From the IMG/VR virus record IMGVR_UViG_3300049048_000035, positions 1 through 31,855 of that record: DNA of 31,855 bases; one strand, 5' to 3'. The position numbers and the translations under genes were made by a program. Under the pieces are notes generated by a model. It was not told the DNA's origin. It did no database searches and saw nothing but the letters and a program-made list of their open reading frames with translations. This document shows positions 1 to 7,606 of this stretch, one piece after another. Position 1 is the stretch's first letter, and every line of letters starts with the position of its first letter. Source of the stretch: a virus (lineage: Duplodnaviria > Heunggongvirae > Uroviricota > Caudoviricetes).

Positions 1-18
1 TCCATGAAAGGGTTCGTT

Positions 19-339
19 ATGTCTTCTGTCATTGTTGATCGTAAAGCCGGGCTGAACAAGGGAAAACGCCGCCTTTGGCTTGAGGGTAAGGAACTGCTAG
101 CGGCAGGCTTCACCAAGGGAGCTACCTTTACTGTCGGCTTTGCCCCGGGCTATGTAGTGCTTGAGCTAGACCCTAACGGGAAGCGTCGCGTTAGCGGGAA
201 AATCAAGCCGTCCGGGGAGTTTCACCCGATTATTGATTTGACCGGGGATAAGCTAGCCGAAGCTTTGCCCGGGACGGGGGATTTTGTCCCCGTGCAAGTG
301 ACGTTTACGAATGGGCGGATTGTTGCCCGGAAGGTTTAA
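19..339 (+). CDS. Hypothetical protein resembling the N-terminal region fused to C5 DNA methyltransferases of conjugative elements, here standalone
   Basis: ORF (ATG 19 after GAAAGGG; alternative start 4); motifs NKGKRRLWLEG, GKRRVS and PIIDLT recalled from such fusions. Confidence 0.5.
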   Translation: MSSVIVDRKAGLNKGKRRLWLEGKELLAAGFTKGATFTVGFAPGYVVLELDPNGKRRVSGKIKPSGEFHPIIDLTGDKLAEALPGTGDFVPVQVTFTNGRIVARKV

Positions 340-349
340 GGGGGGAAAC

Positions 350-655
350 ATGCCTAAACCAGTCGCACGCTATGCTGTCACTTTCGGCCTGCAAGGTTGC
401 TACATGCCCGATAGCCACTCCGGGGCGTTTGAATGTTACACCCGAAGGGAGTTAGCGCAATTCATCCGGGGAGAATTGGAAGCTTACAATTTACCTAAAC
501 GATTGTTTAGGGAAGTACGGATTAACCGGCTTTGGAGTTTCATTAAAAGGAACGGGTCTAGCTGCGCACACTTTCACCTAACGCACGGGAGTGACGTGCT
601 TTCTTTCCACGGGTTGACCGAGGAAGAATACGAACAACAAACCCGCGACGAATGA
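350..655 (+). CDS. Hypothetical early protein
   Basis: ATG 350 after AAGGGGGG RBS; 101 aa. Confidence 0.75.
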   Translation: MPKPVARYAVTFGLQGCYMPDSHSGAFECYTRRELAQFIRGELEAYNLPKRLFREVRINRLWSFIKRNGSSCAHFHLTHGSDVLSFHGLTEEEYEQQTRDE

Positions 656-672
656 GAATCCCCCCTTCGGGG

Positions 673-736
673 GATTTTCAATAATGTAATTCCAGGGTTA
701 ATACCCTCGGAAACCTGGGTTGCATTATTGAAAATC
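673..736 (+). other. Long intergenic inverted repeat (about 23 bp stem)
   Basis: GATTTTCAATAATGTAA (673-689) pairs with TTGCATTATTGAAAATC (720-736), plus TCCAGG/CCTGGG; preceded by a UUCG hairpin. Confidence 0.8.
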
Positions 737-766
737 AATTTCTCACGCCAAACGAAAGGGGCAAAT

Positions 767-1078
767 ATGCAAAACATTTTTACGCTTGCGGAAGCTATGG
801 CGCTAGCCCCTTCCGAGGTAGCGGAAGCCCGGGAATACTGCGCTAAGACTTTCGGCCCGGAATACTGGGATAAAGCCGTCGCGCACCATGAAAAGCGGAA
901 GCTAAGGGCCGATATTGCAGAGGGTACTACCCGGGATTGTGACGGGTGGAAAAGCGGGTTCGTTGGCTATGATTGGAGTCACGAATATCAGGACCGGAAA
1001 GAATGGATTTTCTATGATTTTTTCCGGGGTTTCATTTGCAATAGTGTTTCCCGTATGGCACGGGGACTGCAACCCTAA
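767..1078 (+). CDS. Hypothetical early protein
   Basis: ATG 767 after GAAAGGGG RBS. Confidence 0.75.
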   Translation: MQNIFTLAEAMALAPSEVAEAREYCAKTFGPEYWDKAVAHHEKRKLRADIAEGTTRDCDGWKSGFVGYDWSHEYQDRKEWIFYDFFRGFICNSVSRMARGLQP

Positions 1079-1090
1079 AGGGGCACACGA

Positions 1091-1333
1091 ATGACTATCG
1101 CAAAGCAAATTGCCGACAAATTGAACGGGCAAGCATGGGCAGCATTTACCCTTTACGGGGGTTATGCGTCCGGGTATGACGGGACAACTTACCGCTTCCC
1201 TACGGGGGTGCAAGAGCTAGAGAAACGGAACGATAAGGGGCGGGTTATCCATGCTCGCTACCGCTATGCGGATAATTCCGTTTTGACGTACCGCTACAGC
1301 GAAGCCCGGGGTTATTCTTTGGAGTGCAAATAA
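1091..1333 (+). CDS. Hypothetical early protein
   Basis: ORF with AAGGGG RBS; TAATG overlap with next gene. Confidence 0.75.
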   Translation: MTIAKQIADKLNGQAWAAFTLYGGYASGYDGTTYRFPTGVQELEKRNDKGRVIHARYRYADNSVLTYRYSEARGYSLECK

Positions 1334-1665
1334 TGGGACAAAAATTCTATGCCGATGAATCTAGCCCCTATCGGCACCTAAACGGGGCGATTAGTTATCC
1401 ATCCCCGGGGCCGTTCAGGCTTACGTCATTAGCCAAAGTGAAGAATTGTCCAATTGCAGGGACGGACGATGGAAGGGGCCAGCCCCTACGGCTTACGGCT
1501 TACGCCACGGGGGACGCTGATACGTGGTTTTCCGTCCCCGCTTGCACCCGCTACAAACAAAAGCATATAGGCGGGTATTTCACACAATCCAATATGTACG
1601 GGGAAGGGGTTATCTTTTGCCCGTATGACCGCTACACGGATTTTCTGCCCATGAAAGGGGAGTGA
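1333..1665 (+). CDS. Hypothetical phage protein (TAYATGDADTWFSVPA motif)
   Basis: ATG overlaps upstream stop; RBS GGAG. Confidence 0.75.
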   Translation: MGQKFYADESSPYRHLNGAISYPSPGPFRLTSLAKVKNCPIAGTDDGRGQPLRLTAYATGDADTWFSVPACTRYKQKHIGGYFTQSNMYGEGVIFCPYDRYTDFLPMKGE

Positions 1666-1667
1666 CA

Positions 1668-1997
1668 ATGCCGATTCTTGTTAATCGTTATTTCTCCGAA
1701 ATTACCCCGGAAAGCGCGGAGAATGGTGAAGCTTCCGATAACGGGGTTATCGTTGAAAATGAGGAATGCACGTTTCGGGAGCTAGTGCGGATGATGCGGG
1801 AGCATTGGCAGTGCTCGTGCTATCCCGTCCGGGGGGAAGTTTACGAATGGCTTTCCACGGGGTTCTATACGTCAGACTATCGGACGGGAACGGAACGGGA
1901 AGAAACGCTACATTACAGCCGGGACAATCCACCCAAGAATGAGAAGTATTGGAAATGGGCGATGCGTGCCGCTGGCATTCTAAAAGGGGGTGATTAA
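1668..1997 (+). CDS. Hypothetical phage protein (EITPESAENGE motif)
   Basis: ATG 1668 after AAGGGGAG. Confidence 0.75.
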   Translation: MPILVNRYFSEITPESAENGEASDNGVIVENEECTFRELVRMMREHWQCSCYPVRGEVYEWLSTGFYTSDYRTGTEREETLHYSRDNPPKNEKYWKWAMRAAGILKGGD

Positions 1998-2206
1998 TGC
2001 CGCGCTTTAGCGTCATCGTTGGAAACATCGGGCAAGCATTTGCAGGGGATGACTACGCCCAAGCGTGCCGGGTGTATGAGGAATACGTCAGCCAAAGTGA
2101 ATACAGCACGGGTAGGGCGGCAGGGGAAGATATAACGCTTTTTGATAACGTCCACGGGGAACCCGTTCTAGAGTATGAGGGTTATCTCAGCAGGCAAGGG
2201 GAATGA
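1997..2206 (+). CDS. Hypothetical early protein
   Basis: TAATG coupling; RBS AAGGGGG. Confidence 0.7.
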   Translation: MPRFSVIVGNIGQAFAGDDYAQACRVYEEYVSQSEYSTGRAAGEDITLFDNVHGEPVLEYEGYLSRQGE

Positions 2207-2640
2207 TTATGGAATTCAACGGTTTTGATTTTGACGCTTTCGTCCGGGGATATATGGTTTGTGCTTTGTGGAGTACGAACGATGAAAGCACGCCCCAAGG
2301 GGGCGAACCAATGGACGCAAATTACAGCGTTGATGACATAGCCCCGTCAGCCGTGGAAAGCATGCGCTCCGATTGTGCGGAGTTCGTGCGGGATAACCTG
2401 CCGGATTTGCTGGCGTATTGCGAAGCATTGCAGCGCGACGGGGTTAGATTGTCTAAAGCCGTCCGCCTTTCCCAAGCGGCAGAAAGTGCAGGCCACGACT
2501 ATTGGCTAACCCGTAACGGGCATGGGGCCGGCTTTTGGGATCGGGGCTTGGGGGAGCTAGGCGAACGGCTTTCCAAAGCTTGCAGGCATACGGACGTTTA
2601 TTTGTACGTCGGGGACGATGAACGGATTTATCAAGGTTGA
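2203..2640 (+). CDS. Conserved phage hypothetical protein (GHDYWLTRNGHGAGFWDRG motif)
   Basis: ATGA coupling; motif recognised as recurring in phage early regions, function unknown. Confidence 0.75.
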   Translation: MIMEFNGFDFDAFVRGYMVCALWSTNDESTPQGGEPMDANYSVDDIAPSAVESMRSDCAEFVRDNLPDLLAYCEALQRDGVRLSKAVRLSQAAESAGHDYWLTRNGHGAGFWDRGLGELGERLSKACRHTDVYLYVGDDERIYQG

Positions 2641-2762
2641 CGCCGACGCATTAGCCCCTATCAGGGGCCATCCTATATAGCCCCTAGGGGCCATTCTTTC
2701 TAAGTTGCCCGGGGTTTGTATATGTATGCAAACAAACCCCGGAATAGCTTAGTCTAAGGATG

Positions 2763-2783
2763 GCCCCTAGGGGCTTTTCTTTT
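2763..2783 (+). terminator. Possible intrinsic terminator of the early gene cluster
   Basis: GCCCCTAGGGGC followed by TTTTCTTTT, downstream of the last early ORF. Confidence 0.45.
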
Positions 2784-3091
2784 GGCCCCGTCCGGGGCTA
2801 TATAAGGTCAAAAAGATTAGCAGTATCAATAACTTAGGGTTTGTGGAGCTAGCCCCCTTGGGGCCATCCCCTGCCAGTGTGTAAACCTTAAGTTATTTCA
2901 TATTGTGAGAATGCGATTAAAGCCCCGGTAGGGGCTATCTAGGCAGGCCCGGGACCGGGCTAGTAGGGCCAAGGTCTATAGCTCAGGATAGAAAAGGGGG
3001 CGGGTGGTTTGACAGCTAGCTATTTAATGACCGACCGGTCATTAACGCTAGCCCCTGCCCCGAAGGGGCTAACCCCTTGAGATACCCTGGA

Positions 3092-3110
3092 AATGATAAT
3101 CATTCGCATT
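3092..3110. promoter_or_regulatory. Fur-box-like operator
   Basis: AATGATAAT-C-ATTCGCATT matches 16/18 of the 9-1-9 AATGATAAT-N-ATTATCATT consensus. Confidence 0.55.
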
Positions 3111-3400
3111 TATGCTTAGGATCGCCCCCTGAAAGGGGGCAGCCCTGCACTAGCCCCTACCCGGGGCCTATCAGCTAGCCCCCTTGGGGTCGTCCCCTTG
3201 TGAGCATCAATCAACGCCCGTTGACGGGTGTTCATAGAGCTAGGGCAGGGCCAGCATGGGCACGGCAGGCCCCCTAGGGGCAGGCTAGGAAGGGGGCTAG
3301 AAGCCCCTGCAAGGGGCAAACGCACCCCGGTAGGGGGTGAGCTATGCCTAGACTAGACCGGGCAGGCGGCCCACGGCCGCTATATTCCGGGGACGTAGTA

Positions 3401-3419
3401 ATTGAGAATGATTCGCATT
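3401..3419. promoter_or_regulatory. Fur-box-like operator
   Basis: ATTGAGAAT-G-ATTCGCATT matches 14/18; right half identical to the copy at 3092. Confidence 0.45.
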
Positions 3420-3718
3420 CAGCCCCCGTTAAACACCACGATGGAAAAATGCCTAAAATCGGCATTGACCTACCTGCACTAGCATTTGCCACTAGCTGCT
3501 TATAGCCGTGTCCACGGCCCTCCATATTCCCGCTAGCGGGTATCCCTAAATAGCCGCAAGTCGGCCTACCCCTCCAAATTTTTTTTTTTAATTTCAGAAG
3601 GCTGGCTGTTTTCACATATACACAGCCAGCCATATTCCGGTCCCAAGGGGACTATCCGGGGAATGGCCCTTACAGGGCTAATACGTCGTATTCGATCACA
3701 CAGGTTACTTCCTGTTAC

Positions 3719-3747
3719 TTTACAACCAGGTTATAGTTTAGTATAAT
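3719..3747 (+). promoter_or_regulatory. sigma70-type promoter
   Basis: TTTACA-17 nt-TATAAT upstream of ORF 3798. Confidence 0.8.
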
Positions 3748-3797
3748 GACTCTAATAAGCTGGAAATGGATACTAGCTTATAACAACGGAGGCAAGT

Positions 3798-4061
3798 GTG
3801 ATTTTGACATTGCAAGGCATCATGGGCAGGGAATACACGGAGCTTGCCCAAGCAATTGATGACTGGGAATGTGGCTTGGAATTCTTGACGAAGCCTAGCT
3901 TCGCAACAGACCCTCGGCTTGCTGACAGGGTTTGTACAAGGGCAGCAGAGAACAACTTGAGAATGCTGGGCCTGCACGTCCTTTGCTTCATCGACAGGGG
4001 TAGCGTCCCGCTGGGCTACTACAGCATCCGAAGGAAGCAGCCGATTGTGTTGGACAGCTAA
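3798..4061 (+). CDS. Hypothetical protein
   Basis: GTG start, ACGGAGG RBS, own promoter and terminator. Confidence 0.75.
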   Translation: MILTLQGIMGREYTELAQAIDDWECGLEFLTKPSFATDPRLADRVCTRAAENNLRMLGLHVLCFIDRGSVPLGYYSIRRKQPIVLDS

Positions 4062-4067
4062 AGAAGA

Positions 4068-4102
4068 AGCCCCGGAGCCGTTAGGCTGCCGGGGCTTTGT
4101 TT
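4068..4102. terminator. Bidirectional intrinsic terminator
   Basis: AGCCCCGG...CCGGGGCT stem between convergent genes, A-rich left flank and T-rich right flank. Confidence 0.75.
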
Positions 4103-4349
4103 ATGCTAGTTGGAGGTACGTGTGTCGGCAAGTCTTGCTTCCACTACGGCTTTGCTTAATCTTCCCCTGCTTCAGCAGCTTGCGTAGGTCGGGGTCTTTG
4201 GTAGAAGCACACCACTTCCTGTTGACGCATAGCTGGGCATCAGGGAAGGCTTCAAACAAGGCAAGCAGGATTTCCCTTCGGTATTTTCCTGGCTGCATAC
4301 GCCAGTAGGTGTCTTGCCACCTTTGCAGTTGGGAGAGGAATACAATCAT
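4101..4349 (-). CDS. Hypothetical protein
   Basis: ATGA overlap at 4346-4349 suggests start MIVFLSQ. Confidence 0.65.
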   Translation of the reverse strand: MIVFLSQLQRWQDTYWRMQPGKYRREILLALFEAFPDAQLCVNRKWCASTKDPDLRKLLKQGKIKQSRSGSKTCRHTYLQLA

Positions 4350-4555
4350 GGCAGCTTGTCCCAAAAATACGTAATGGCAAGCAGGGCACCACACAGGGCA
4401 GGTAAGAACCGAATGAGGCTCTTAGGCGGGTCTGGTCGAGGCGTCGGAACGTAGAGCATCCGATACTCATTACCGTGCATATCCCAGCAACGCTTGTTGT
4501 CCATGTCCCACTTAACGATTGTTTTGACTAGGGGAGACTTAGCGGCTCTCATCAT
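4346..4555 (-). CDS. Hypothetical protein with hydrophobic C-terminus
   Basis: Coupled ORF in minus-strand run. Confidence 0.65.
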   Translation of the reverse strand: MMRAAKSPLVKTIVKWDMDNKRCWDMHGNEYRMLYVPTPRPDPPKSLIRFLPALCGALLAITYFWDKLP

Positions 4556-4761
4556 CCACTCCGTAGCATGTCAATGAACTTGAATGCCTTGTGTGGGTCA
4601 TCGTAATGCACTAGACCAAACCAAAGTGTGCCTGCAATGTAAGCCTGAGCCTCAGCATAAGCCTCTTCATACTCCTTGACAATGCCATCCCTGTACTTCA
4701 CTTCGTTGGCTACGTCTTGGATCATTCGTCGCTTAGCTCTACGTTCGTCAGCCGTCAGCAT
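4552..4761 (-). CDS. Hypothetical protein
   Basis: Coupled ORF. Confidence 0.65.
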   Translation of the reverse strand: MLTADERRAKRRMIQDVANEVKYRDGIVKEYEEAYAEAQAYIAGTLWFGLVHYDDPHKAFKFIDMLRSG

Positions 4762-4936
4762 TCATGCTCTCCGCATACGAGATAGCCCGAAGGTCTTCCT
4801 CTAAGCTGTCAACCCTATCCAGCAGACAATCAATCTCGTCAGCAGCCTCCTGAAGCAGAGGGATGAGCGTAGACAATGGAAGGCTGTTGGTGCGTAGGCT
4901 CTCTGCGTACTTACGCAGACGTTCTTGTAGAGTCAT
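4748..4936 (-). CDS. Hypothetical protein (helical/coiled)
   Basis: Coupled ORF. Confidence 0.65.
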   Translation of the reverse strand: MTLQERLRKYAESLRTNSLPLSTLIPLLQEAADEIDCLLDRVDSLEEDLRAISYAESMNADG

Positions 4937-5109
4937 TTCTTCTTCGCCTCGAATTCTAGGTTCTGCGCCATATAGCCTAGCTGAAGCAACTTAGCCACGT
5001 ATGCCATAGCTTCATCATCAATGAAGCCATCTAGTGTGATTACCTTGTCTCCGTAAGGAATGTCAATCTTGCTACGGGCAGGGTAGGTGGTGATCTTTAC
5101 TTCTGTCAT
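4933..5109 (-). CDS. Small hypothetical protein (58 aa, MTEVKITTYP...)
   Basis: Translated by hand; ATGA overlaps at both ends fill the gap exactly. Confidence 0.7.
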   Translation of the reverse strand: MTEVKITTYPARSKIDIPYGDKVITLDGFIDDEAMAYVAKLLQLGYMAQNLEFEAKKK

Positions 5110-5324
5110 CCCTTCGGCTCCAACTGTACGTCAATCCCTTGAAATGAGGCAGGATAGCCTTGGTCACGCCAATCCCCGTTGTACCCATTCTTTACTTTGT
5201 AATTGATCGTCTTCACCTTGTACGTAGGGTGAGTCTTCTCAAAGTAGTCGCGGATTAGTACGTCAAGTTGCAGCGGAGCAATATGAGCCGTAATGGCTAC
5301 GTTGACTTTGATTTCTGCTGTCAT
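5106..5324 (-). CDS. Hypothetical protein
   Basis: Coupled ORF with GGAGG RBS. Confidence 0.65.
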   Translation of the reverse strand: MTAEIKVNVAITAHIAPLQLDVLIRDYFEKTHPTYKVKTINYKVKNGYNGDWRDQGYPASFQGIDVQLEPKG

Positions 5325-5458
5325 TCCATTCCCTCCTTAATTGCAGCAGCGGAAAGCTCTGCATCATACCAGCCCGAAGTGTCATCGCTGCGCCAGCAAT
5401 GCACTACGAAGGCGACGACTAGCAGGGCTAGTAAGCCTAGGATGAATAGCCAGATCAT
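5321..5458 (-). CDS. Small membrane protein (45 aa, MIWLFILGLLALLVVAF...)
   Basis: Translated by hand; N-terminal hydrophobic helix; GGAG RBS. Confidence 0.6.
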   Translation of the reverse strand: MIWLFILGLLALLVVAFVVHCWRSDDTSGWYDAELSAAAIKEGME

Positions 5459-5553
5459 CCCCACTCCTTATCATCAACTGACGTGTACCAAGCCAGGGCA
5501 AACATCCCAACCACTCCACAGGCAGCACCTACGAAAAATCCAATCAGGAACAT
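5455..5553 (-). CDS. Small membrane protein (32 aa, MFLIGFFVGAACG...)
   Basis: Translated by hand; AAGGAG RBS; ATGA coupling. Confidence 0.55.
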   Translation of the reverse strand: MFLIGFFVGAACGVVGMFALAWYTSVDDKEWG

Positions 5554-5759
5554 TGCTTCTCCTTTGAATTGAAATACCTTCGGATGGCATAGCCTCGTGC
5601 AAGGCTCCAAACTGTGCAAGCTAGCGTTGTTGCTGTGGCTGCCTTGGGAATGGAGCTAATGCAGGAGAAACTGACGACTGTAATCACCCAGCTTCCCGCC
5701 ATGCCTACGAACGTGTTAGTTAAGACTTCAGCTACAGTCTGACGTTTCGACTGACTCAC
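5544..5759 (-). CDS. Small two-helix phage membrane protein (MSQSK...E...NT..G family)
   Basis: Hydrophobic profile; RGYAIRRYFN C-terminus. Confidence 0.65.
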   Translation of the reverse strand: MSQSKRQTVAEVLTNTFVGMAGSWVITVVSFSCISSIPKAATATTLACTVWSLARGYAIRRYFNSKEKQCS

Positions 5760-6223
5760 AGGGACTTAGCTTCCCAGCTAGCATCAGTCTCATCCATAAG
5801 GATGTTGTGAATGCCATAGCGAAGCGTTTTCTCAGGCACTAGGCCGAACTTCTGCTGCACCAAATGGATGAACTTACAGACTTCAGCAGCCTGCATGAAG
5901 CTATCATACCATTCTTTACTGTCAGTCAGCAGCAAGTTGACTTCCCTGCCACACGTAAACTTCTTCCAGCTACCCCAGTGACTATCGGCTTCAGGGCCGG
6001 GGTCAGAGCCTCCATACAGCCACCCGCTTTCAGGATCAAAAGCCCACTCTCCGAGGTACTTACCCGGTTCCTTTTTGACTAGAACAAGTACGTCAACATC
6101 ACCTTCTGTGCTGTCAGCAATGTAGCTGCTACCGACGATGATGGACTTGATAACCGTGAAGCCTTCGTTCTTTGCAGCGTCTTCTGCAATAGTCGTCCAC
6201 TTGATATCTTCATCAATAGTCAC
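5756..6223 (-). CDS. Minimal nucleotidyltransferase (Pol-beta superfamily)-like protein
   Basis: IIVGSS...GDVDVLV signature (GS...DxD). Confidence 0.6.
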   Translation of the reverse strand: MTIDEDIKWTTIAEDAAKNEGFTVIKSIIVGSSYIADSTEGDVDVLVLVKKEPGKYLGEWAFDPESGWLYGGSDPGPEADSHWGSWKKFTCGREVNLLLTDSKEWYDSFMQAAEVCKFIHLVQQKFGLVPEKTLRYGIHNILMDETDASWEAKSL

Positions 6224-6646
6224 TTATATTTCCTCCGTTGCCCACATTAAGTGGCATGTATACGCTTTGACGACTAAGCCCTTTTGTCGAGCGTAGTCAA
6301 TCATCCCTTTGGTCCCGTTGCTCTGTCCATCCCACAGAGCTAGTAAGCCATCAGCGAAGTCGCCCATTTGTCTATTGCGAATGTGCCCAGCCGACTTCCC
6401 GAGGGTCCAATCAGCAGGGAACTCCCACAGCTTCAGCTTGTTTGCCTTAGCGAATTGCACACCCAAGGCATCGACGCCTTTAGCCATGCCAGAGACAATC
6501 TCTAGCTTCTTGCCATATTGTTTCCAGAGTCCGCTTTTGACAATCAGGTGTTTCAGTAAGTCGTAGTCCGTGATGGATCGGCTACCAGCGATGATTAGCT
6601 TCAGAACAGCATACCCTCTCGGTAGAGCCCGAGGATGAGTACCCAA
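6224..6646 (-). CDS. SLOG-family (YspA/DUF2493-like) protein; true start probably near 6604
   Basis: IIAGSR, IVSGMAKGVD, GKSAGHIRNRQM, LALWDGQSNGTKGMI motifs. Confidence 0.8.
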   Translation of the reverse strand: MGTHPRALPRGYAVLKLIIAGSRSITDYDLLKHLIVKSGLWKQYGKKLEIVSGMAKGVDALGVQFAKANKLKLWEFPADWTLGKSAGHIRNRQMGDFADGLLALWDGQSNGTKGMIDYARQKGLVVKAYTCHLMWATEEI

Positions 6647-6720
6647 GTAAGGATCAAACCCAAAAGCGCAGCTACACCTAGAACGAAGACAATGACACCC
6701 ATTATCACTTTATCGAACAT
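6601..6720 (-). CDS. Small membrane protein (39 aa, MFDKVIMGVIVFVLG...)
   Basis: Translated by hand; long hydrophobic stretch; GAGG RBS. Confidence 0.55.
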   Translation of the reverse strand: MFDKVIMGVIVFVLGVAALLGLILTWVLILGLYREGMLF

Positions 6721-6859
6721 CCTCGTGCCCCTCCCTCAGTTGTCGCCAAATCCTGTCTGTTTCAGCTTGCCAGAGGCGATTGCCTCCTAGCAGCATTCCG
6801 GCGAGCTTAACTTGCCACTCAAGCCAGGTATCTAGACAACTTTCAATCAGCTTCAACAA
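6710..6859 (-). CDS. Small hypothetical protein (about 49 aa)
   Basis: TTG start with GAGGG RBS; fills the gap. Confidence 0.4.
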   Translation of the reverse strand: MLKLIESCLDTWLEWQVKLAGMLLGGNRLWQAETDRIWRQLREGHEDVR

Positions 6860-7046
6860 TTTCACCCTCAAGGTTGTAAAAGCTCAGTAGCGTTTCCGCT
6901 GGAATTTGCCAAACATGAACCATTGCCCCGAGCGTGTTCAACGTTTCGATGGTAACCCAGTTTTTGTCTACGGAGACAACGCATACATCAACGTGCCCGT
7001 CTACGTGCTTCCAAACTTGTCCTTCTTTAATTCCGTGCATCCCCAA
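6843..7046 (-). CDS. Hypothetical protein (SH3-like beta pattern; start may be 7040)
   Basis: ORF track; IKEGQVWKH motif. Confidence 0.6.
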   Translation of the reverse strand: MGMHGIKEGQVWKHVDGHVDVCVVSVDKNWVTIETLNTLGAMVHVWQIPAETLLSFYNLEGEIVEAD

Positions 7047-7224
7047 TCCTCCAATTCAGTAAGTGTTTCTTGTCAGCAGGCCAATGGAAGAACTGGTGTG
7101 CCTTGTCATAGCATTGCTTGGCTTTCTTCTCTCGCAGAGGGTCTTTCGTGTCTGCAAGGATCAAAGCTAGCTCGCTGTTCTTAGCGACTAGGGTGTCTTT
7201 GTACTTCAGCATTGGTTTTCTCAA
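7027..7224 (-). CDS. Hypothetical protein
   Basis: ORF track; probable start at MLKYKD. Confidence 0.6.
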   Translation of the reverse strand: MRKPMLKYKDTLVAKNSELALILADTKDPLREKKAKQCYDKAHQFFHWPADKKHLLNWRIGDARN

Positions 7225-7267
7225 ATTTCTGATTCCGTGGCTGGAACAGCGCTGGAATCTTCCTAGA

Positions 7268-7293
7268 AGGGGCAGGCTGAGTTGCCCGCCCCT
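7268..7293 (-). terminator. GC-rich hairpin, possible terminator
   Basis: 10 bp stem AGGGGCAGGC/GCCCGCCCCT; weak U tract. Confidence 0.4.
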
Positions 7294-7326
7294 GTTTCAT
7301 GCACAGCCGTCCGATTTTCTGCAAGT

Positions 7327-7557
7327 CTACTCCTTCTTAGGTTCGGAAGCAGCAGGCGAAGCCGGTTGGGCTCCGATGGGCTTGCATTCCGCTGTGATTA
7401 CAGGGCCACGTCGAGGCGAGTCAAGCATAATGTCCAAAGCAATCTTTGAACACTCTTGTTGAGTGACAGGCAAGATTTGCTGCGAAGTTGGAACTCCGTC
7501 CGTCTTGACAATCAGGAGTTGCATTGCGACAGCAGCAGTAGCGACGACGATGGACAT
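7327..7557 (-). CDS. Hypothetical protein with hydrophobic N-terminus
   Basis: ORF with AGGAG RBS. Confidence 0.65.
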   Translation of the reverse strand: MSIVVATAAVAMQLLIVKTDGVPTSQQILPVTQQECSKIALDIMLDSPRRGPVITAECKPIGAQPASPAASEPKKE

Positions 7558-7606
7558 TTCAGACTCCTACAATGAAGGTTAAGGAGTCCCGAGTATCCAC
7601 AAGTTA

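Larger units (their letters stand above)
2654..3317. repeat. Cluster of GCCCC-N(2-7)-GGGGC inverted repeats in a non-coding region
   Basis: At least 11 copies read directly, starting at 2654, 2680, 2763, 2785, 2852, 2922, 3057, 3124, 3153, 3269, 3303. Confidence 0.85.

Noticed and set aside
3009-3040. TTGACA as a promoter in the palindrome island
   Set aside because: No -10 hexamer at 16-18 nt spacing
3116-3633. Minus-strand ORFs of 69 and 119 aa in the palindrome island
   Set aside because: Pro/Gly/Arg-rich translations produced by GC palindromes; no RBS
7327-7557. Possible spanin or lipoprotein
   Set aside because: No lipobox cysteine after the hydrophobic segment and no adjacent lysis genes
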